Source of the DNA: Aduncisulcus paluster
Lineage: Eukaryota
Assembly: GCA_024181965.1 (NCBI GenBank)
Contig: BQXS01012413.1
Span: forward strand, 1-34,814
DNA: 34,814 nt
Reading direction: 5' to 3'
Shown here: positions 10,401 to 20,639 of the stretch, piece after piece
How the letters are laid out: each line of letters opens with the position of its first letter
How positions within the stretch are numbered: the stretch's first letter is position 1
Position numbers and translations under genes: made by a program
Notes under the pieces: generated by a model
Seen by the model: only the letters and a program-made list of their open reading frames with translations
The model's database searches: none
What the model was told of the DNA's origin: nothing

Positions 10401-11163
10401 ACTCTTCATTTTGAACATATTTGTCTTTTTTATCAACCAACTCAGAGAGAGCATTCGAAATTTTTGAAAGTTGGGTTTCGGCACTTTTCATTTTGGCTGC
10501 ATGGAAATAATCTTCATTTTTTGCCGCTTCTTTCTTCTGAAACAATGTTAGATCCATTGCTTTTTGAAGAACAGAAGCCGTGAGTGGTGGAAGTGACGAC
10601 GAAGGTAGCTCAAGGGCTGGATGATTGATGGATCTGCTGGCAGATGAACGAGTTGAATGACTTATAGCGCTGCTTGCAGTGCTAGGTCTCACATCAGTTG
10701 AGATAACAATATCAAGGAGGGTTAATCCAACCTGATTAAAAAAATTTTCTTTTGCCGGGTGATTCTCATGAACGACAAGCTTGATAAATGAAATAAATTG
10801 CTTAATGTCACAAGAGATTTTTTCTCTATGTTTTAATTTGTTTTTGTTTGCGTGAAAAGTTAAATACCCAAGTCGATCGAATCCGATAGGCTTTGACAAG
10901 TCCTCTTTTAGCCGTTGCATCCCAGATTTCGAGACACGGGCAATATATATTTCTATTTTTTTTGGAATGTATTTTTCATGGCTTACTATAGTTAACTTCT
11001 TGACATAAGATGGAGTCTTAAGTTTAAATTCAAGTTCTATAGGATAACGCGGGTTCGGTTCAGATCTCCAACCCAAGCCTCTAGGATCCCCTTTTAACAT
11101 GTCTTCTATTGGAAATCCTGAGGCTGAAGCACCCTTATGAACTTTTAATATTGGATGAGGCAT
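7459..11163 (-). CDS. CEP104: Centrosomal/ciliary-tip protein CEP104 (FAP256)-like
   Basis: N-terminal jelly-roll-type region (GWRSEP..YPIELEF, SHEKYIPKKIEIY, RLGYLTF, N.FNQVGL). UVR-like 'K.EA..NEDY..A' repeats, an acidic linker, a helical TOG-like region and C-terminal C2HC zinc fingers (CDFCG, HIAHDCPLCTVCPLCHTIVEI, CPLCH). Confidence 0.85.
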   Translation of the reverse strand: MPHPILKVHKGASASGFPIEDMLKGDPRGLGWRSEPNPRYPIELEFKLKTPSYVKKLTIVSHEKYIPKKIEIYIARVSKSGMQRLKEDLSKPIGFDRLGYLTFHANKNKLKHREKISCDIKQFISFIKLVVHENHPAKENFFNQVGLTLLDIVISTDVRPSTASSAISHSTRSSASRSINHPALELPSSSLPPLTASVLQKAMDLTLFQKKEAAKNEDYFHAAKMKSAETQLSKISNALSELVDKKDKYVQNEEYLIAQELKGEIDKLVAYVGETPEGLLQKLILPFTKKAKERQKATQKVTRPTSVPSNVQYSAPVRRHRDTVSRKPPSRRRVPYDDVIGEDEEYSDEGSSVREEPYRPEQQIEEEEEEEEEEEEEEEEEEEEEERKEKEEEKVVQRLGRKRRGQAKIEKKQPQKKHIQKEQKEEKEEEKEEEEEEEEIIEAGDDKNHLVRPIKLGVKRVFKMKAPELKFTPGMSEAQKEQARRKHAEVLRKQQKALADAQALEREMAEFRKLQAKETTVTDSEETGMTDQLSMAGARKEPSKIGGTQSTPTLSEASSAPFGSDAGTQEDADLDAWNKKLEEMKKARAEKKKKEEAAARKKRKIEAEKRKHKVQQKVGGGKAIPGISVRSAATESETKKESTSDMKKASTERKETPRSATSSQPSTFVSSPRQGSSTCSFSSPIDARDPGSLLVALMQDKDSGIEEVTSDNINSRVRSANEFILIVNAGIDQRAAACIMDNRKPYRDVGILFFKSQLALSADKSVHFSVSLHKAVDQAFHAMCAMSHVKSPLPLQEIGPMAELAISVCPSSFMDPGGTSTPLIVQQLVDNLLTRCSEMQRASQKHAKSAVISLCALSKPISHCVATRLSHISVLEVSKKIQGLARKQRMDKIFTFRCDVVAAVVEAQGVYGKSVAKPFSPLALPTSPLLPLLVKVIERAITSDVKKSAIGMLAAMYAKGLSAEAVVGTVQKIQSNEHVLEQVAQSMAAVDQQLSREPVIKLKDKELVILQSSRGKMATLERMEEERMAKEKEEEKIMQRAALRDVHSKGKKDGQSKQESHGLRRGMEDEVAEDDMSEFLPKEGEGLELEDDVFGDGICDFCGWRVPHSTPKEAIPDTVHHHIAHDCPLCTVCPLCHTIVEIPCMNQHVMEECVGNAPDKDGRQEYVQCQHCTQVFRYDQLEAHLKVCRLRLRDDEYMCPLCHLILPDDDKTLSDHYIIKPGCQKNTRSAIRTK
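10003..10071 (-). repeat. (GAAGAG)n microsatellite encoding poly-Glu within CEP104
   Basis: (TCTTCC)n on the + strand; a run of about 22 Glu in the protein. Confidence 0.9.
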
Positions 11164-11441
11164 TCTATTCGTTCCAAAAGAATCGATTTTGGTTTGTAGG
11201 GCAATGTAATAAAAAATAATAAAAAATATACATTTTCTTTGCTATTAAATCTCAAATACTAATTTATTTGACATTTTGATTCTTTGAATATCAAGACAGA
11301 AACCTTATAAAATCCCGCCACACACCCGACATCGATTTTGGCAACTAGAAATGGGTAAAATTGAAGGTTAATTGAATAAAATTGATGAGTGTGTATGAAA
11401 AATACATATTATTTTCTTAAATTAGAAATTTTTTAAAGCCT

Positions 11442-14400
11442 TTGATTCTGAGGATCGTATATCGCATTTTCTTTGAAATGGGGATATTTAACGTTTGTAA
11501 GGAATCTGATTGGGTTAAAATTATCTCTGAGATCAAATTTTTCATTAACAAATTTTCATCGCTCAGTGATAATGTATATTATCATGTCGGGTCTTTATAC
11601 AGGACCTTATACAAGATTACCCAGGGATATCATAATGCAAAATCTATGACAGACTCCTTTTCTTCAATATTAGAACTTTCTATGAGATCAATTTGCTCAG
11701 TACAAACAAAATGTAATCCTGAGTCTTTTTTAAAGAAATCGATGTTATCTGCTTTAAAATCAATAATATGTCTAAATTCCATGGGCATTTCGGATGAGAA
11801 AAAACTCCTTCTTTCTCTCTCTATAAATAACCCAGTTTATATTCTGTCAAGAACGGCTTGTGCTGGTCTGAATGCTTGTGCCTTTTTCGGTTTATTTAGC
11901 CAATCAAGAAATAACATGTCATTTATGACAATGTCTTCCTCATTAAAACGTGATTCTATCAATACTCAAGTTGAAAAATGTGCTTGTATGCTTCAATACT
12001 TCTATCAAGTCCATGAACGATGGGATCTCTTGGAAAATAGTTGTGTTTTGATAATATTTAAATCTGTTTCGAAGAGTAAGATGATCGAAATCTACAGAGA
12101 TTCATACAAAGACCAGAATAGAACAAAGAAGCGTTATTATCAGAATGTAGGCAAACCAACTACAATCCTCGACAAAGATTCGCCAATATTGGATACACTT
12201 GCCAAAATGGCTCAATCATCTGTAACATTCCCATCGAAACCAACCCACGTTGCAAAAGTCAAGGATACTACAATTTCGATGCTTGATCCAGACTTTCAAA
12301 TGCAATGTAATGTGGTTGATTTCGCCAATAAGCATATAGGAGGTGGTGTGTTTGGACGTGGAAGCGTCCAGGAGGAGATTATGATGATCTGTTCTCCAGA
12401 TCTCCTTGTAGCCAAGTACTTATGTGACGAATCCCTGACCGATAATGATGCGGTATGGGTGATTGGAGCTCCTCCGGTGTCACGATACATTGGATACTCA
12501 CGGACTTTCCAATATAATGGGCCCGTTGATCCCAAAGCATATCATGATCCCACAACTATGCACAATGTTGGGTCTGTGTCCTTTTCAAGTGAATCAACCA
12601 CGCGTTATATTGCAGTTTTACCATATGTGACGTGTATTATGGATGCCCTTGACTTTGATGATCGTGGAGACATTCCTTTACAGATTACAGGCGGTAATTT
12701 TGTGAGAGAATTAACAAAGGCCATTGCCGCATTTTTACCTCCTTCAGACCAGTTTATTGAGATGATGCTTGAAGAAGAGCAGCTAAAGGGGAAGAGAAGG
12801 TATTTTTCGGCTGGTGATTTGAAACAGCATACTCAATTCCTCTGGCTTCCATTTGAGTTGAGTGAAGGATGTCCCAGACCTGGAGACCAATTTAGTTCAA
12901 GCTATTACCCATCAGCTGCATCCAGAACAGATCCTTTGTTCTTCTATCCAAACTCTAAATATGATGTTTTTATTAAAGAGCAAAGGAAAAGCTTAACTTC
13001 TCGATCATCTGCTTCTCGTTCATCAAAACCAAAGCCTTCTCCGTTTCTTTCCCTTCCTGGTGTGTCTTCTCTGTTGAATAGACGCATGATGAGTGGTCTA
13101 TGGGGATGTGGAGCCTTCAATGGAGACCCTATTGTCAAAGGAATAATACAAATATGCGCTATGCGATTCGTCCATTTTATAATAGCCATTCAGAAATTAC
13201 ATCTTTCTCCGCAAGACCCCAGGAAAGGTCGAGGGAAAATGGGTGCAATCGCTGAATCTGGGAGGATTGGACATGACGATTATCATGACTCTCAAGACCA
13301 CGTGTTGGAATCACTCGGATGTATTCCAGAAAAGCCCCGATTGGTGCTATGTCCGTATAAATCAAAACGTGTGCATGAAAAATGGGTGGATATTTGTGTG
13401 GATGTAGCTGAGATGTCCATTATTGATATTTGGAAGATCATCAACCGACTCGCCCCTGATTCCGATGAGAATATATGTGATCTCATACTTGCAAAGTCTC
13501 CAGGGATTCGTGGAGAAAAATATCGAAAGAGCCTTGCAGAGAAAGAGAAAAAGAGAAGAGAGAAGAAGGAGAGGAAACAAAGAAAGGCTGCAATATTTGA
13601 AAAAGAGTATCATGATGTCCAACGGCGTGAATTAGACTCGGCAATAGAAGTTGCTGACAAGGAGGAAGTCTCTATCAGATCAAAACGAGAGAGAGATCAA
13701 ATCAAAGCATTGATGACTATGGATGGTGCAGAAATGAATGCCAGCATCGATATAAAACGAATCCAGAGAAAGAAAAAGGAAGACAAAGAGAAGAAAGAGA
13801 GAGCAATACAAGAAGAGAGGAAGAAGGAACGAGAGAAAGGCTGCAATATTTGAAAAAGAGTATCATGATGTCCAACGGCGTGAATTAGACTCGGCAATAG
13901 AAGTTGCTGACAAGGAGGAAGTCTCTATCAGATCAAAACGAGAGAGAGATCAAATCAAAGCATTGATGACTATGGATGGTGCAGAAGAGAAAGAGAAAAA
14001 GAGAAGAGAGAAGAAGGAGAGGAAACAAAGAAAGGCTGCAATATTTGAAAAAGAGTATCATGATGTCCAACGGCGTGAATTAGACTCGGCAATAGAAGTT
14101 GCTGACAAGGAGGAAGTCTCTATCAGATCAAAACGAGAGAGAGATCAAATCAAAGCATTGATGACTATGGATGGTGCAGAAATGAATGCCAGCATCGATA
14201 TAAAACGAATCCAGAGAAAGAAAAAGGAAGACAAAGAGAAGAAAGAGAGAGCAATACAAGAAGAGAGGAAGAAGGAACGAGATGATCTACGTGAAATTGA
14301 AAAGCATAAGGCAAAGAAATTAGAACAAAAACAACGAAAACAGGCACAACTCATTGCAGATCGGAGAGTTTTACTCACTGATAGGACTTCTCAACACTCA

Positions 14401-15105
14401 TATTCCCATCGCTCTCCTTTCAATGATACTCAACCAAAACCATTGAGTTGTATTCGAGAAGAATATCCCGGGTCAGTTGTGAGTACTGTTCCGCTGGCTG
14501 TCTTTCATGATATTATTGGTCTAAGTGAAGTGCATCCATCGGACCATAAACGCATGGAATCGATAACATCAATTTCTCGTAAAATACGTCCGAACCGTGC
14601 AGTATCATCGTTGCGTCGCGGGGAAGAACATCGTGTTGGTCCACTAAGGTATCAATCTTCGAGTCCGAGCATCGATATTTCTGGAAGTTCTTCTCAACAC
14701 AAGAAGAAAAACTTAAAGCGTGCGAAAAGTAATGCAACGGCTGGAAGCAGGAGATCAAAAGGAGCTCAATCCATGGAAATTCCATTCAGTTCTGCTGGAA
14801 GATCTGGTGTATCTTCGAGGCCTGGCAGTGCCAGTTCTTATCGTTCAAAGCATTCAGCTGGAAGTGGAAGAGTATTTAGTTCTCGCTCGGGAATATTTAA
14901 AGATAATTCAACAACTATTAGACCACCTTCTTCTCAGCCTCCATTGCCTGGTGATTCACCTTCACTGTTTGTAGGGTCTGGTGGATCAGCCATCGATAAA
15001 GCTCGGTATGATGCCATGCAAAAGTCTGATCCAAGAAAACATCGGGGTTCAAGCCGGACAATGCATTCATCAATGACTCGACATATGGATAAATTTTTCA
15101 AATAG
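11442..15105 (+). CDS. PARG: Poly(ADP-ribose) glycohydrolase with a long charged/Ser-rich C-terminal tail; probably one gene split by a duplicated segment (13833-14280); 5' start uncertain
   Basis: Motifs VVDFANKHIGGGVFGRGSVQEEI (GGG-x-QEE catalytic motif), MDALDF, RELTKA and GLWGCGAFNGD. Removing 13833-14280 joins ERKKER|DDLREIEK in frame. Confidence 0.88.
13539..14280 (+). repeat. Exact tandem partial triplication inside PARG (likely misassembly)
   Basis: ~13539-13832 recurs at ~13987-14280, and a partial copy (AGAAAGGCTGCAATA...GATGGTGCAGA) lies at ~13834-13985. No differences were seen between copies. Confidence 0.85.
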
Positions 15106-15493
15106 AGATGTTCAATGATGGATTTTGGATGTGTTTGAATTGATATTCTTCCCATGGTTTCTTGAAGCTTATTTGAACCAACTATTAACTATTTGTGATA
15201 TTCATATTTAAATTAATAATTTAAAATTATGATATTTTATGCATTTGTTCAATTTACTATTTATTCGTATCATCGGCCAATGAATCATTGGTAAATAAAC
15301 CTCAATGCGCAAAAATTCAACCGAAGTGAGACACTCTAAATTTGATGACTTCTTGACATCGATATTGGGCCATTGTGGCATCCACAACAGAGAATTAGCT
15401 CTTAAAATTATATATATATTTGTATATATTACTCTAAGTGAGGAATTAAATTCATATCCAAGTGGAACTTTGCTGTATTCAGATTTTCGGATT

Positions 15494-15961
15494 TTACTTC
15501 TTCTTTTTACCACGTTTGCCTTTTCCTTTCCCACCTCGATGTCTGCTTTGTCCAACTCCATATACATCGGCCTCTGTGAGTTCCTTTTTCTCTCCTTTTT
15601 TCTTCTTTTCCTTCTTTGCAGGCTTTCTTTTCATAATGAGTTCAGCCTTGTGTTTCTCAACGAAAGGTTTCAAAGCCTTCAATAGAGCTCTCTTATTTTT
15701 AAATTCTTCGTTTAATGGCTTTCCATCTTCTCCATAAAGTGTAATTTTGACACGACCTGAAGGATATATACAATGCCAACAAGGATGTTGTTTATCCTCT
15801 TCAAGCTCACATTCTAATCCAAGTTCTTTAACAGAGAGATAAATTTCTTCAGCTGTGGGTTCCTCTACACAATATTCAAGCCCAATAACTCGACCTTTTT
15901 GAATGGTAGCACCTTTGTGCATATATATGGGGTAGATCAGAATATCTTTGTTTCTTGCCAT
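15494..15961 (-). CDS. SRP19: Signal recognition particle 19 kDa protein
   Basis: IYPIYM...KGRVI...VEEPTAEEI...LGL...DKQHP...GRVKI...NKRALL, followed by a Lys-rich tail; this is the SRP19/Sec65 pattern. Confidence 0.9.
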   Translation of the reverse strand: MARNKDILIYPIYMHKGATIQKGRVIGLEYCVEEPTAEEIYLSVKELGLECELEEDKQHPCWHCIYPSGRVKITLYGEDGKPLNEEFKNKRALLKALKPFVEKHKAELIMKRKPAKKEKKKKGEKKELTEADVYGVGQSRHRGGKGKGKRGKKKK

Positions 15962-16334
15962 GTATAATACGTAATATTATTTTTAAATATTAGAATGAAT
16001 GTTTGATCGAGGATGAAATAGACAGATCGTCAGAAAAAAATTGATATTTTTTAATTGTATGTGAAATATATTTTCAGAAAACCTAAATCATTTAATTGCC
16101 AATTTTAATAAAATTTATTGTTTTTACGAAATGATTTTTAGAGGTTTGCAGCATTTAGATAACTATTGTGGTCTACATCCATAATTCGATGAGATCTGAC
16201 TATTTCAATGTTAATTATCGTTTCCATGTGTAATATCATGCATTCTAAGGCGATGGTATACGCTTATAATTCTTTTTTTTTTGAAACTGCGCACACATGC
16301 GTTTTTTTCGACGTAATTCCAATATCTAATTTTA

Positions 16335-16676
16335 ATGGGGACGTATTGTAACGGATTTTATTATTCTCCAAAGTATAAAGATGATAAATATGAATATAGG
16401 TATGTGATAGTTGTTGGATAGTTCCATGTTTGTTTTCATTGCTGTAACTTTTAATTTTATAAATATGATCTGTTAATTTTCATTAGACATGTAATTTTAC
16501 CTTCAGAAGTTGCAAGTCGTGTTCCAAAAGGGAAACTCTTAACGGAAGATCAGTGGAGGCACTTGGGAGTTCAACAATCTCGCGGATGGGTCCATTATAC
16601 ATGTCATAAACCTGAACCTCACATTTTAATGTTTAGAAGGGAATTGGCCGAAAGTGAAAAGGGGAAAGGTGACTAA
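16335..16676 (+). CDS. CKS1: CDK regulatory subunit CKS1/Suc1, 2 exons: 16335-16399 and 16487-16676, 84 aa (absent from the ORF track)
   Basis: Manual splicing gives MGTYCNGFYYSPKYKDDKYEYR|HVILPSEVASRVPKGKLLTEDQWRHLGVQQSRGWVHYTCHKPEPHILMFRRELAESEKGKGD*. The intron is 87 nt, GTATGT...TTAG. Confidence 0.95.
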
Positions 16677-16910
16677 TAATTTCGAATTTGCTCCATTCAT
16701 TTTTTTCATCCTATTTTGCCTATAAACTTTTTAATTTTAAAATAAAATATGATATTTTATCGAGATATTTCCAGGTTTTCGCAGAACATCATTTGGATTT
16801 AGTGGAGATCCAGGAATTCATCGTATTTCCCGTAAAATTGAAATTATCATTTATCAAAACAAGGTGATTGTGTTTAATCGTCACATTTTTAATAATATAT
16901 AATTCATAAG

Positions 16911-18259
16911 ATGGGTGATTCTAGGACAATAGCTCATTATTTTGCAGATGCTTTAAAATTCGATAGTTCCTCTCCAACAGCCGAAGATATTGAAGAACAT
17001 TTGAACCAACTCAGAATATTAACTCTTAAATTTGGAATTCCTGATGTAAAAATAGCTGCTGGATCCACTTCTGTCCGAGAACGGGTTTGGAAATGTTTTC
17101 TAAGAACAGGAAATGCAGATGTCGGGACATATTTGTCTCTTGTTGACAGGGGAAAATCAAGTGTTTATGATAAAATTAAAAGGGATATTCATCGTTTAAT
17201 TACTTCTGATCAACCGATTTACCAACACGTACCTACAGAGAAGTTTGAGAGACTGCTTAACGCATTTATTCATTATAAAGAAGATAAAAAATTAACTAAA
17301 ATATCCTATGTCCAAGGCATGAATGCCATTGCCGCTCCGCTGCTTTATGCTTTACCGGAGCCTGATGCGTTCTTTGCTTTTGTTAGAATTATTACAAAAC
17401 ATTGCCCAATGTATTTTTCTGAGAGAATGGAAGGAGTATATGCAGGAACAACTTTTATTGATGATATTTTACGAACAGTAGATCCACAGTTACATAAACA
17501 TCTGAAAGCCCATCATTTGCCACCGAGTGTTTGGGCATTTCCAAGGCTTTTATCATTTTGTGCATCAGATCACCCTCTTTTTGAATCGTTACATTTGTGG
17601 GATTTTTTCTTCGCCTTTGGACTTCATCTGGTTGTACCCGCAGTGGTTTCTCAGGCTATTTTACACCGAAAAGAATTACTAAAAACAACAAAACCGCTTG
17701 AAAAACTTCAAGAACATCGATCATTGGATGCCAAACAGACAATCAAATGTATTCGCGATATCACAAAGAAAATCTCGGAAAATCAACATTCTATCCTTGT
17801 TTTGCACATGATGGATCATGAAGTGATCTACGTGAAATTGAAAAGCATAAGGCAAAGAAANNNNNNNNNNNNNNNNNNNNACAGTTACATAAACATCTGA
17901 AAGCCCATCATTTGCCACCGAGTGTTTGGGCATTTCCAAGGCTTTTATCATTTTGTGCATCAGATCACCCTCTTTTTGAATCGTTACATTTGTGGGATTT
18001 TTTCTTCGCCTTTGGACTTCATCTGGTTGTACCCGCAGTGGTTTCTCAGGCTATTTTACACCGAAAAGAATTACTAAAAACAACAAAACCGCTTGAAAAA
18101 CTTCAAGAACATCGATCATTGGATGCCAAACAGACAATCAAATGTATTCGCGATATCACAAAGAAAATCTCGGAAAATCAACATTCTATCCTTGTTTTGC
18201 ACATGATGGATCATGAAGTAGCTCAAGAACTCGTTCCTATTCATGTAAAGGGAAAATGA
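16911..18259 (+). CDS. BUB2: TBC/Rab-GAP protein, Bub2/Cdc16-like; reconstructed as 16911-17824 + 18220-18259 (~317 aa)
   Basis: RERVWKCFL, IKRDIHR (R-finger), SYVQGMNAIAAPLLY (Q-finger), EPDAFFAF and LWDFFFAFG in a short TBC-only protein. Segment 17486-17824 is duplicated at 17881-18219 across the gap. Confidence 0.75.
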
Positions 18260-18407
18260 TTCATCTTACAGGAATTAAAGCTGATTTTGTACAATAAATA
18301 TTAATTTTACGTGTTTTATTCACTATATTTTAAATTTCTATCGTGATATTGTGAGTTTAATCAAAGTAAAAGGTGAAAAAAATAATCGTTCTGTTTTCGA
18401 TGAACAA

Positions 18408-20639
18408 ATGATGCCAAATGAAAATGAACCAGGATTGTGTGGAATAATCGATCCTGTTTGTGAATCCGTTGCGTATCCTTGCGTATCTAGTTCTTTTATT
18501 TCTAAAGGGGATAGGTTGAGAGTTCCTGCTCTTCCTAATCTTGTCCCTATTAATTTAGATGTGAAAAGGGGTTCTGGAAACTTTACAATGGCATGCACTG
18601 AACGTGATTTTTATTTATTCTGTGAAGGAAAGAGAAGTCTATATTATTTTTGGTTTTCTGTTGTTTTTGTTGAGCCTTCAACCGTTGATAAGATACATAT
18701 ATGTGGAGACGGTACTTCTTTGCAGCCTAAAGATCTTCAATTTGTATTTACTACTGCATCTGGTGAAAAAATAGAGCGAAAGACTGAAATATCTAAGATG
18801 CGTGGCTGGGAGTGGCATGAGATATCTGTTAATTGTGAAAATGTTGTTCAGTGTCATGTAAGTCATATATCAACGTGGGGTGGCAAGGATCATAGTTATA
18901 TTGGAGCAATTCGATTTTATTCCATTGGAGAATTTGTTGCCCGGCAAAATAAGCAAAGCCCGATAAATCCTTTCGAATCTAAAACATCTACGTTCTATAA
19001 TCCCATTTTAGCCGATGAAACTGCAAGACTCGAGGAGCTCAAGAAAGAAATCGGAAGGAAGATCAAACTACTTGAAATGAAGAAAGTGGAGATGGATGAA
19101 CTGATCCAAAAGAACCAAAAAATGGTTTCATACATTGAAAGGGAGAAGAAATTGATTGCGGAAGAAAGAGAAAAGCTTGCGTTTGAGAAAACTCGTCGTG
19201 ATGTTTCTCCGTCAATCAGCGATCCAGATACTGGGGTTACTGCAATTTCTAAGCGTAAAATACACATTCACGCACCTAGAATCATGTCTTGGTCCGATAT
19301 TGAACCAATATGTCGGCTGGGCTTCGGTGGGTTTGGAGAAGTGTTGCTTGTGAATGTGAAAGGAACAGATTCTCCCGCTGTGTTCAAGAGAATGCTTCGT
19401 GTTGGCAATAAGGAAGCCGTAAAACAATGTAAAAAAGAGTTTAAATCCCAACAGTACCTGTTTTTAAATCCCGAGTGTTTTAATCGTATTCCAAGGCCAC
19501 TGTACATTGTTGACCTTCTCGATAGTAATTATTCTGGTGTTTTTGGCTTTTTGATGGAGTTTTGCTTTGGCGGGAGTGTAATGGACTTTTCAAAAGAATG
19601 GAATTCGCCTCTTCAACTTGCTGCTCTCTGTGTTGGGATGATCGAGTGTCTTGATGATGTGTTCACGGCTAAACCGGATCTTGTTCATCGAGACATTAAA
19701 CCTGACAACTTCCTCATTCGTGTTGATCCCAAAGAAAAGGGAGGAGAGTGTACCATCGTTCTGAGCGACTTAGGTCTTGCCAAAATGATCGAATCGTTCA
19801 CCTCTTCCACTGTAATGTTCTCTTCAATGGATTATGTTGCCAAATCCAATGGAGAGCAGCCACGTCGTATTGGTGGAACTTTGGTGTATAATTCGAGCGA
19901 AACACTCCAGGAAGGTCTTTGTACTCAACTTGGCGATGCCCATTCTCTTGGTATGTCTATTCTTGCTATCTTCTCAAAAGAACCGCCATTCTCAAAGCAC
20001 CCGATGCTTCAGGAGATCACTGATCTTTCTTTGTTTCTCACTCAGCTCGTGTATATTCTCGACCATGAGGGAGTTCCATCTATTGCATCACTTCCTGACT
20101 TTTTGGCCCTCAAAACAGTGTTCGATGGTGCTTACTCGGTCGTTTATGACGTTCTTCTAAAAGTTTACGCAGGATTAACAAAGCCAAAGGATGAGAGATT
20201 CACTGTGCACCAAGCTAGAGAACTTGTGGCTCCAATTAAAGGTTTACTGCCACGAATTGGGGAAGGATGGAGATGTCCAACCATTGAGGAAGTTAAACGT
20301 AGACATATTATCGAAGATGGTCTTGTTGGTGTCGATCTACACCATCGTCAGCCGAGGAGAAAGAAAGGTCGAGTTATTCAACACAGGGGCAAAGATCATA
20401 CACGCAAAGCCAAGCAAGAGGGACATTTCGAAGCAAGAGAAGCCGATAAACCCATTCGAATGAAGGATAATCGCTTGTTGCCAGGAGGCTATGTCAAAAG
20501 GAAACACGCTGAGCTTCAAGTGCCTGTTATGAAAGCTGCTGTTGATCCTCTTGACTCTGGTGTGGAATCACATGCAGATCATAGGGAACACGAGGTTATT
20601 AGACCACCTGAAGAACAGGAAGGATGTACTGGGGTATAA
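18408..20639 (+). CDS. Divergent protein kinase with an N-terminal family domain and a coiled coil
   Basis: Motifs GFGGFGEV, AVFK, LMEFC.GGS, HRDIKPDN, DLGLAK and GGTLVYNSSE. Coiled coil at ~19010-19195. First in-frame ATG at 18408. Confidence 0.88.
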   Translation: MMPNENEPGLCGIIDPVCESVAYPCVSSSFISKGDRLRVPALPNLVPINLDVKRGSGNFTMACTERDFYLFCEGKRSLYYFWFSVVFVEPSTVDKIHICGDGTSLQPKDLQFVFTTASGEKIERKTEISKMRGWEWHEISVNCENVVQCHVSHISTWGGKDHSYIGAIRFYSIGEFVARQNKQSPINPFESKTSTFYNPILADETARLEELKKEIGRKIKLLEMKKVEMDELIQKNQKMVSYIEREKKLIAEEREKLAFEKTRRDVSPSISDPDTGVTAISKRKIHIHAPRIMSWSDIEPICRLGFGGFGEVLLVNVKGTDSPAVFKRMLRVGNKEAVKQCKKEFKSQQYLFLNPECFNRIPRPLYIVDLLDSNYSGVFGFLMEFCFGGSVMDFSKEWNSPLQLAALCVGMIECLDDVFTAKPDLVHRDIKPDNFLIRVDPKEKGGECTIVLSDLGLAKMIESFTSSTVMFSSMDYVAKSNGEQPRRIGGTLVYNSSETLQEGLCTQLGDAHSLGMSILAIFSKEPPFSKHPMLQEITDLSLFLTQLVYILDHEGVPSIASLPDFLALKTVFDGAYSVVYDVLLKVYAGLTKPKDERFTVHQARELVAPIKGLLPRIGEGWRCPTIEEVKRRHIIEDGLVGVDLHHRQPRRKKGRVIQHRGKDHTRKAKQEGHFEAREADKPIRMKDNRLLPGGYVKRKHAELQVPVMKAAVDPLDSGVESHADHREHEVIRPPEEQEGCTGV

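Noticed and set aside
11385-11441. Possible short 5' exon and 33-nt intron for PARG (ATG 11385, intron 11393-11425)
   Set aside because: In frame, but much shorter than the other introns and the donor is GTATGA. Left unresolved.
13833-14280. Biological tandem duplication or programmed frameshift in PARG
   Set aside because: The copies are identical and the region is linked to a chimeric fragment at a gap, so misassembly is more likely.
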